From a bacterium (GTDB taxonomy: Bacteria; Verrucomicrobiota; Verrucomicrobiia; Limisphaerales; UBA11358): 64,000 bases of DNA. Below are positions 57,879 to 64,000 of this stretch, piece by piece; position 1 is the first letter of the stretch; the number at the start of each line of letters is the position of its first letter. The notes under the pieces are model-generated. The model had not been told where the DNA came from and made no database searches. It was given only the letters and a program-made list of their open reading frames with translations. The DNA lies in NCBI GenBank assembly GCA_021817945.1, contig JAKAFL010000003.1, positions 33,664-97,663 of the forward strand, in the 5' to 3' direction. The position numbers and the translations under genes were made by a program.

Positions 57879-58148
57879 TCAGCGGGTTGCCGGCTTTTGC
57901 TGCGCAGAATTAAGTATCCGCGCCAGCTCAGGATCTTTTGCCGTGGCGTTGTAGGCGGCCGTGTCATTGAGGATGGCATTCACCTTCATCAAGTTATTGT
58001 TGTCCTGGAGCGCCGTTGCGGCAAAGACCGGCACCCTGGGCTCCCGCCAGATCACCAGCAGGGTGAATCCAATGCACAAGAAAACCAGCCCCGCGAGGGC
58101 TAGGTTCAAAAAGGCGGCTGCCAGATTGTTCTTCATAAACTCCCACAA
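57879..58148 (-). CDS. Small single-pass membrane protein, unknown function
   Basis: 89 aa. TM LNLALAGLVFLCIGFTLLVIW, then ...LMKVNAILNDTAAYNATAKDPEL. Same layout as 57568..57873, from which it is separated by 5 nt. Confidence 0.5.
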   Translation of the reverse strand: MWEFMKNNLAAAFLNLALAGLVFLCIGFTLLVIWREPRVPVFAATALQDNNNLMKVNAILNDTAAYNATAKDPELARILNSAQQKPATR

Positions 58149-58296
58149 AAACTAGCCATCCCACACAATTTGTCCATCCCGTTTTTCCATATCCGAATGG
58201 CCGCCACCCCGGTTCTTGAAGATTCTTCAGACCGCATGAGCCGTGCCTGCCGCACATTGCCGCCCTGTCTGGCGTTCAAGACGTGGGTTTTCCTTT

Positions 58297-58857
58297 TTAT
58301 TTTTTCAAATCCTCGGCTATCGAGGCAAATTGCTCAAGCGCTGCCTCCAGATCGTCGGTGATTTCCTGGGCGATGATGTCCGGTGCGGGCAGGTTTGCCG
58401 ATTCTTCCAGCGCATCATCCTTCAGCCAGAAAATATCAAGATTCGCCTTGTCGCGCTTCGTTAATTCTTCATAGGTGAACGGCTTGAACCGCTCGCTTTC
58501 TTTTCGCTCATGGCGGTTCTTTGGATTGTAGCAAGCGAGGAACTCGTCAAGGTCGCTGCGCTTGAGGGTGTTTTCCTTGAGCGTGAAATGCTTGTTCGTG
58601 CGCAGGTCATAAATCCAGAGCTTCTGTGTCCAAGGCTTTTCCTGCGCGGGCTTCCGATCAAAGAAAAGCACGTTTGCCTTCACGCCTTGCGCATAGGAGA
58701 TGCCGGTGGGCAGGCGCAGCAACGTATGCACGTCCGCCATTTTCAGGAACAGCAAAAACGTCAACTGCTCCACATAATCGCCGTAGGACAAACCGTCATC
58801 GAGGAGAATGTTGCAGTAGTTCTAAAATTTTTGGACGAGGGCGCTGGGATTGCTCAT
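58297..58857 (-). pseudogene. hsdM: Decayed type I restriction-modification methylase subunit (hsdM): premature stop and a large internal deletion
   Basis: The minus strand from the ATG at 58857 reads MSNPSALVQKF*NYCNILLDDGLSYGDYVEQLTFLLFLKMAD, an HsdM N-terminal domain with TAG where Trp is expected. It is joined directly to the extreme C-terminal block HTLLRLPTGISYAQGVKANVLFFDRKP...LWIYDLRTNKHFTLK...NLDIFWLKDDALE. The methyltransferase core is missing. Confidence 0.8.
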
Positions 58858-59261
58858 TTTGCTTTGGGCAATAATTTCCCCAACTGCTGCGTGGCTTCAT
58901 CTCTGTCAATCGCACTGGCCGCCACCGCGAACGTCAATTCTTCCCATTCCGGTCCGTCGGTGGTTGGCTCGATGCCATTCAGCCGCAAAAACACGATGCA
59001 CGCGCCCAGCGCCGTCCGCTTATTGCCGTCAACGAACGGATGATTCTTGCAGAGATAAAATAAATACGCCGCCGCCATTTCGGCGATGTCCCGGTAAGGC
59101 GACTGCCCGCCGAAACTCGCCTGCGGCGCAGCCACCGCCGATTCCAGCAACGCCAGTTCCCGCACCCCGTCCGAGCCGCCAAATTTCGCGATGGTTTCCG
59201 CGTGAATCTCCCGCACGATTTCCACCGTCAGGTGAAAACTATTTTCCGGCGTGGCCTTCAT
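58854..59261 (-). CDS. doc: Doc/Fic-family toxin (death-on-curing)
   Basis: HPFVDGNKRTAL (Fic/Doc HxFx(D/E)GNKR motif), in 135 aa. Confidence 0.9.
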   Translation of the reverse strand: MKATPENSFHLTVEIVREIHAETIAKFGGSDGVRELALLESAVAAPQASFGGQSPYRDIAEMAAAYLFYLCKNHPFVDGNKRTALGACIVFLRLNGIEPTTDGPEWEELTFAVAASAIDRDEATQQLGKLLPKAK

Positions 59262-59485
59262 GCCAGCTTCTTCATCGTCCGCGCGTAATCCTTCATAGTC
59301 GCCTTGATGACTTTGGACACCTCCTCGCGCGACGGGCGCGGGCGGATGGGCGTGAGCGTGAGCGTGCCGCCCGCGTGAACCTCCACGTTCACCTTGTCGC
59401 CGGCCTTCAAGTGCGCCAGTTCCATCAGCGCCGCGTCAAACATCAACCCCTGCGAGTTGCCAATCTTGGAAATTGTTTTAATCAT
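59258..59485 (-). CDS. AbrB/MazE/SpoVT-type antitoxin
   Basis: MIKTISKIGNSQGLMFDAALMELAHLKAGDKVNVEV (looped-hinge-helix SpoVT/AbrB pattern). ATGA overlap with doc. Confidence 0.85.
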   Translation of the reverse strand: MIKTISKIGNSQGLMFDAALMELAHLKAGDKVNVEVHAGGTLTLTPIRPRPSREEVSKVIKATMKDYARTMKKLA

Positions 59486-59491
59486 GCTGTT

Positions 59492-59520
59492 AAACTATGT
59501 TTTACACCCGGTTTTGTCAA
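59492..59520 (-). promoter_or_regulatory. Sigma70-like promoter for the antitoxin-doc operon
   Basis: On the minus strand: TTGACA (59520-59515), a 17-nt spacer, then TAGTTT (59497-59492). The ATG at 59485 follows after 6 nt. Confidence 0.4.
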
Positions 59521-59590
59521 GCCACTCAGCCTGTGAATGCTTTTTCGGAGGATGGACTGGTGGAGGCCGTGTCAGTGCGCGGGCAATGAA

Positions 59591-60490
59591 TCAGAATACC
59601 TCGGCTTTCAAGCCGCTGGTCTCGCGAACGCGCTGGGCGATGCGGGCGAGACTTTTGAGAGGGAGATGGCCGCAGTGGGGATGGGAGGATGGACGATCTG
59701 CCGAATAAATTTGAACCAAAGGTATCTGCGCCCCCGCCATTCTTAAATCCCGCAACCGCCCGGCGTAGGCATCAATTTCACCGGGGGATGGCTCCTGGTG
59801 ATTCAACAAGGGGAAAAGGCTTTGGATGATCACCGGACGCTTGCGAGCCACCAACTGGATGTTTTGAATGATTTTATCAATCATGCAGTTGGGGTGATTG
59901 ACGCATTGCAGGTAGCTTTCAGAGCCGGCATCAAGTTTTGCCCAAATTTCGTCCTGCGGGGTGAACAACATGAGGCCCGCCTGGACGCGGGGCAGGTCCA
60001 ATGCGGTGGCGTTGGTGATCAGCGCCAGCTTGAAAAACGGGAATTTCCCGAGGGCGCGCACATGGATGACAGCGCGCAAGGCATCCTGAAAATTGGGGCA
60101 CAAAGTCGGTTCACCATCACCGCTCAGCGCGACATGGCGCAATTGCATCAGGTCCCGGGGGATTTTGTGGTATTGTGGAAACGAGGAAAGCTCCCCGGAA
60201 TGGGCCAATTCGAGCATTCGCTGCAATTCCACGGCCATGGTCTCCACGTCCAACTCCTTTTCCACCGCTGGCACCGCCCGGTTAACCTCGCAATACTCGC
60301 AATCAAAGTTGCAGAACTTGTCCGGGTTCATGTTGACGCCAATGGACAGGCCGGATGCGCGGGGGGAAATGACCGCGTAAACAAAACGATTGCCAAAGAA
60401 TTCCCGGGCATTGCCATGCTCAACCGATCCCGGGAAGAAACAAAGCGACGGGGGCAGTCCCGGATTTTCGCCTGGCAGGGTTGAAATCAT
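59591..60490 (-). CDS. Radical SAM protein (COG0731-like; function unknown)
   Basis: CNFDCEYC (CxxxCxxC) preceded by VYAVISPRASGLSIGVNMNP, then SGDGEPTL. Confidence 0.85.
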   Translation of the reverse strand: MISTLPGENPGLPPSLCFFPGSVEHGNAREFFGNRFVYAVISPRASGLSIGVNMNPDKFCNFDCEYCEVNRAVPAVEKELDVETMAVELQRMLELAHSGELSSFPQYHKIPRDLMQLRHVALSGDGEPTLCPNFQDALRAVIHVRALGKFPFFKLALITNATALDLPRVQAGLMLFTPQDEIWAKLDAGSESYLQCVNHPNCMIDKIIQNIQLVARKRPVIIQSLFPLLNHQEPSPGEIDAYAGRLRDLRMAGAQIPLVQIYSADRPSSHPHCGHLPLKSLARIAQRVRETSGLKAEVF

Positions 60491-61107
60491 GGCGGGATGG
60501 CGCCGGCCGCCCCGGCATGAGCCTGGATGGACGGGGCCTTGGATTGCGGGCTTGGGGAAAAAACGTTACCCGACCCATGGACAACCAGCACGGGACAAGG
60601 CGCCAGGCGGGTGACGTCTGCCGCCACGCTGCCCACAAGGGAATGAATGCGCCCGGTGCGCCCGCGGGTGGACATGATGATCATGCCGACATTTTCCTCC
60701 CGGGCGGCATTGATAATCTCGATGGAGGTGGCGCCCCGCCGCAGCGCCAACTTTTTTTGCACCCCGGAAGGAACGCATTTTTGAACCCATGCCGCCAGTT
60801 GCTTTTTCATCCGGGCGCGCAACTCGTCCTCCTGCAATGGATCATAGCCATCCATCTCAAATGCCCACGGCAGGTCATAATGAGGCGCCAGAACATGCAG
60901 AAAAATGATTTGCGCCCCGAACAGTTTGGCGAATGGAAGGGCGTATTCCAAAGCCCGCGAGGAGCAATCCGAAAAATCCACCGGCACCAGAATGCGCTTC
61001 AAATGAAAACCTGAAAACGCGGGGACAGCATGGCGGCAACATTTCAAATTGGGGCAAACATCGCGGTTTGGCAGCGGCTGTCCCCGTTTTTTGGAAATAG
61101 TCCTCAT
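60487..61107 (-). CDS. Universal stress protein (UspA family)
   Basis: KRILVPVDFSDCSSRALEYA...IIMSTRGRTGRIHSLVGSVAADVTRLAPCPVLVV. ATGA overlap with the radical SAM gene. The N-terminal extent is uncertain. Confidence 0.85.
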   Translation of the reverse strand: MRTISKKRGQPLPNRDVCPNLKCCRHAVPAFSGFHLKRILVPVDFSDCSSRALEYALPFAKLFGAQIIFLHVLAPHYDLPWAFEMDGYDPLQEDELRARMKKQLAAWVQKCVPSGVQKKLALRRGATSIEIINAAREENVGMIIMSTRGRTGRIHSLVGSVAADVTRLAPCPVLVVHGSGNVFSPSPQSKAPSIQAHAGAAGAIPP

Positions 61108-61447
61108 GTTTTTAAATCAATGTCAGCCTTGAAACACCACAGAAGAGGGGCACATGGCGGAGGACTTGGATGGTCGCCCGGCGACGCCCAACTTCCGAGC
61201 GAGTCACGTGTTGGCCTGTTTGTCTCTGAAACGATTTTGGTCAAGGCTCTCATGATTGTTTTGCGCCTGCCCATTCCACGGATTCACTGCCTGATGGTAC
61301 ACTGCCTGCGATTGGCAGAACCGGCTTCCCGCTTTTTGCCGGGGATGCATCGTTATTTGGCGAATTTGAAGCTTATGGCCTGTCTGAAAAATGGGAAGGG
61401 TGCTGCGGCCGGGGATTTTGGCCCCGGGCGAGGCGGAGCCGCAGTCA

Positions 61448-62908
61448 TCATCTGGGCGGCTGCTGCGGAGTGACGGCGGGGCTTTGCGGAGTTTGTTCGC
61501 GCCAGCCACCTCCCAGGACCTGATAAAGGTTGATCAAACTTGTCAGGCGGGCATATTGGGATTGAATCAAATTTTGCCTTGCGGCATCCAGTGTTTGGCG
61601 GGCGGCCAGGACATCCAAGGCGCTGTTAATGCCACTGTGGAGCCCGGCGCTGGTCAATTGATAGGTTTGTTCGCTGGCCCTCAATTGGGCTTGGTTGGCT
61701 TCAAGTTGCGTCCTGACCGTGGCACGCACCGCCAAGGCATCTGCGACCTCCCTAAAGGCGCTCTGGACGGCAGATTTATAATTGGCCACGTCCATTTGTT
61801 CGACAGCGCGGGAGGCTTTGAGTTGATTCCAGATCGTGTCGGCGCTGAAAATGGGCCAGTTCACCTGGGGCGCAAATGTCCAGGTCTGGGAACCAGGCGC
61901 AAACAGGCTGCCGAGCGCGGTGCTGGAGGTGCCTCCCGAGCCTGTCAGGGTGATGGATGGAAAAAAGGCTGCACGCGCGGCGCCAATGTTGGCGTTGGCG
62001 GCCTTGAGTTGGTGCTCGGCCTCCAGGACATCCGGTCGGCGGACCAGTAAATCCGAGGGCAAACCCGACGGAATATCGGCAAGGCATGACTGGGGGTCAA
62101 AAGAGCTTTGCGCGGGAATGTTCCCAGGCAAGGGCTGGCCGACCAGGAGAACCAGGTTGTCCTGGGCCAGGGCGAGCTGTTGGGTGTAGGCAGCGACCTG
62201 GTTGCGCGCCGTTTGCTCCTGATTGACTGCGGAATTCACATCCACTTGCGTGAGCACGCCCGATTCAAAACTCCTTCGCGTCAGAAACAGCGCCTGATGG
62301 GCTGCATTCAATCCACCGCGGGCCACATTTAATTGGCGGGTGGCCTGCTGCACCGTAAAATAGGCCTCCGCCACTTGGGCCACCAGGGCTATCTGCGCGC
62401 TTCTCCGCGCTTCCCGGCTGGCAAAATAAGTTTCCAAAGCCTGTTGATTCAGGCTGCGGACCTGGCCAAACAAATCCAATTCATAGGAAGTGACACCCAA
62501 ATCCACCGTGTATTGATTATAAGAAATGGCTTGTCCGCCGCCGAAAATATTGGGGATGCGCTGGCTCTCCTCCGAGGCACCCGCCATCACGGAGGGGATC
62601 AGGTTATTGCGCTGCACCCGGTAGAGGTCCCGGGTTTGTTCCACGTTGAAGGTGGCCGCCTGCAAATTGGGATTATTGGTCAAGGCCAGTCCAATCAACT
62701 CCTGGAGCCTGGCATCACGAAAAAAATCGCGCCAGCCAATGTCTGCTGCCGGCCCGTGCGAAGCGCGGTCAGGTTCCGGCGCATATCCGGGAACCTTGGG
62801 CCAGGCCGGGGCCAGGCCTGGTTCGGGACGGTGATAAGCTGGCACCATGGTGCAACCGGCAGTGGCCAGCAAAAGCAATGCAATGATGGGTATTGGCGTA
62901 GGTCTCAT
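61448..62908 (-). CDS. RND efflux outer-membrane factor lipoprotein (NodT family), second system
   Basis: Lipobox LLLLATAGCTMV. OMF repeat structure, paralogous to 21522..23000. Confidence 0.9.
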   Translation of the reverse strand: MRPTPIPIIALLLLATAGCTMVPAYHRPEPGLAPAWPKVPGYAPEPDRASHGPAADIGWRDFFRDARLQELIGLALTNNPNLQAATFNVEQTRDLYRVQRNNLIPSVMAGASEESQRIPNIFGGGQAISYNQYTVDLGVTSYELDLFGQVRSLNQQALETYFASREARRSAQIALVAQVAEAYFTVQQATRQLNVARGGLNAAHQALFLTRRSFESGVLTQVDVNSAVNQEQTARNQVAAYTQQLALAQDNLVLLVGQPLPGNIPAQSSFDPQSCLADIPSGLPSDLLVRRPDVLEAEHQLKAANANIGAARAAFFPSITLTGSGGTSSTALGSLFAPGSQTWTFAPQVNWPIFSADTIWNQLKASRAVEQMDVANYKSAVQSAFREVADALAVRATVRTQLEANQAQLRASEQTYQLTSAGLHSGINSALDVLAARQTLDAARQNLIQSQYARLTSLINLYQVLGGGWREQTPQSPAVTPQQPPR

Positions 62909-64000
62909 GACTTGCCGGGGTTGGCCATTTCATTTCCTGCTCCTCCGGACTGACTTGAAAAATCCCTCTCCTGCCGGCTCTTGAAAACACGCCGGACGAG
63001 AACGTAAAATGCCGGAACAAAAAACACGGCGAGGAGGGTGGCAGACAGCATGCCGCCAATCACACCGGTGCCGAGGTCATGACGGCTGGCAGCCCCGGCA
63101 CCCGTGCTCACCGCCAAGGGCATCACCCCGAGGATGAAGGCAAAGGAAGTCATCAGGATGGGCCGCAAACGCAGGCGGACTGCGGTGAGTGTGGCTTCCC
63201 TCAAAGCCATTCCCTGGGCCTGAAGATCCTTGGCAAACTCCACAATGAGGATGGCGTTTTTGGCGGAGAGACCAATGATGGTAAGAAGTCCGACCTTGAA
63301 AAACACGTCATCAGGCAGCCCGCGCACTGTGGCTCCCAGCAATGCGCCAATGACCCCCAGGGGAACCACGAGAATAACAGCCAGCGGAATGGCCCAATTC
63401 TCATAAAGGGCGGCCAAAGCGAGATAAACCACCAGGATGGACAGGGAAAGCAGCAGGGGCGCCTGCCTGGCTGACAATTGTTCCTGAAAAGATTGACCGG
63501 TCCATTCGTACCCGAAACCGGCAGGTAATTTTGCAACCAGACCGGCCATGTCATCCATCGCCTGGCCCAGGCTGACATGCGCCGCAGGGTTGCCGATGAT
63601 TTCGAGCGCAGGAAATCCATTGTAATGCTGCAAGGCCGGCGAGGCATGTATCCAGTGAAAAGAGACCAACTCCGAGAGGGGCACCATGGCGCCATTGGCG
63701 GCCCGGACAAAAGCTTTGCCCAGGTCCTGCGGCAACATCCGGTACGGGGCATCCATTTGCGCAATGACCTGATCCACGCGGTTGCCATTGATAAAATTAT
63801 TGATGTAAAAGGATCCGAAATAAGTGGTGAGGGCGGTGTTCAAGTCCGCATAGGAGACACCCATGGCGCCGGCCTTGATCTTGTCCACGTCCAGTTTTAA
63901 TTCCGGTGTATCCTCCAGCCCCTGCATTTGCACCTGAACAAGGTCCTGGTTGGTGGCAGCCATGGCGAGCAGTTGGTTTTTGGCCAGCATCAATTGGGCA
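62905..64000 (-). CDS. RND efflux permease, C-terminal part (N-terminus beyond the window)
   Basis: ...LSARQAPLLLSLSILVVYLALAALYENWAIPLAVILVVPLG...GLSAKNAILIVEFA... is a typical AcrB C-terminal half. The frame stays open to the window edge. Confidence 0.9.
   Translation of the reverse strand, partial: AQLMLAKNQLLAMAATNQDLVQVQMQGLEDTPELKLDVDKIKAGAMGVSYADLNTALTTYFGSFYINNFINGNRVDQVIAQMDAPYRMLPQDLGKAFVRAANGAMVPLSELVSFHWIHASPALQHYNGFPALEIIGNPAAHVSLGQAMDDMAGLVAKLPAGFGYEWTGQSFQEQLSARQAPLLLSLSILVVYLALAALYENWAIPLAVILVVPLGVIGALLGATVRGLPDDVFFKVGLLTIIGLSAKNAILIVEFAKDLQAQGMALREATLTAVRLRLRPILMTSFAFILGVMPLAVSTGAGAASRHDLGTGVIGGMLSATLLAVFFVPAFYVLVRRVFKSRQERDFSSQSGGAGNEMANPGKS

Noticed and set aside
1-64000. 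CRISPR arrays, rRNA operons, retron/DGR reverse transcriptases, prophage or integrase genes
   Set aside because: No regularly spaced short direct repeats, no rRNA-like sequence, and no RT, integrase or phage structural gene motifs were seen in any listed ORF or in the gaps I read.

Overview
This 64 kb segment is a gene-dense bacterial chromosome. By gene content it looks like a Verrucomicrobia/PVC-type organism: it has a prepilin-type DUF1559-like gene, a 2367-aa autotransporter-associated beta-strand-repeat protein and many SD-poor starts. That taxonomic call is inference only. I support about 55 protein-coding genes.

Gene content, left to right:
- A glycan-degradation/adhesion locus: GH51 arabinofuranosidase (truncated by the window edge and absent from the supplied ORF track), a pseudopilin-like gene, the giant repeat protein and a GH2.
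- An LPS-core cluster (lpxK, an LpxL-like acyltransferase, waaF), then rpsU.
- A MarR-MFP-RND-OMF efflux cassette. It appears to have been inserted next to manA, because it is bracketed by a duplicated manA 3' end and an IS transposase remnant.
- accA, pgl-zwf, and a sugar-acid cluster (SDR, PfkB kinase, Ldh_2, 2-hydroxyacid dehydrogenase).
- yceD-rpmF-plsX-fabH and coaD.
- A FecR / CHASE2-cyclase / O-antigen-ligase-TPR trio.
- A MoeB/ThiF-rhodanese protein, an M29 aminopeptidase, proC, an AI-2E transporter, slyX, thiH-thiS, MscS and a LAB_N protein.
- A small toxin-antitoxin / decayed type I RM island: vapBC, two tiny membrane paralogs, an hsdM pseudogene and doc with an AbrB-type antitoxin.
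- A USP-radical SAM pair and a second RND system that runs off the right edge.

I found no rRNA, tRNA or CRISPR array by eye.

The most unusual signal not explained by genes is a dispersed, roughly 160-nt near-perfect palindromic repeat family. It has five full copies and one half copy, in both orientations, all intergenic, and three of them crowd the pgl-zwf region. Other leads:
- a 1.1 kb non-coding gap with a strong bidirectional terminator;
- a 129-nt element with 19-nt inverted termini upstream of rpsU;
- a pair of 90-bp direct repeats inside the TA island;
- an in-frame TGA separating a Q/S/N-rich repeat protein from a transmembrane tail.

All function calls rest on motif recognition in the translations. 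No database search was run.
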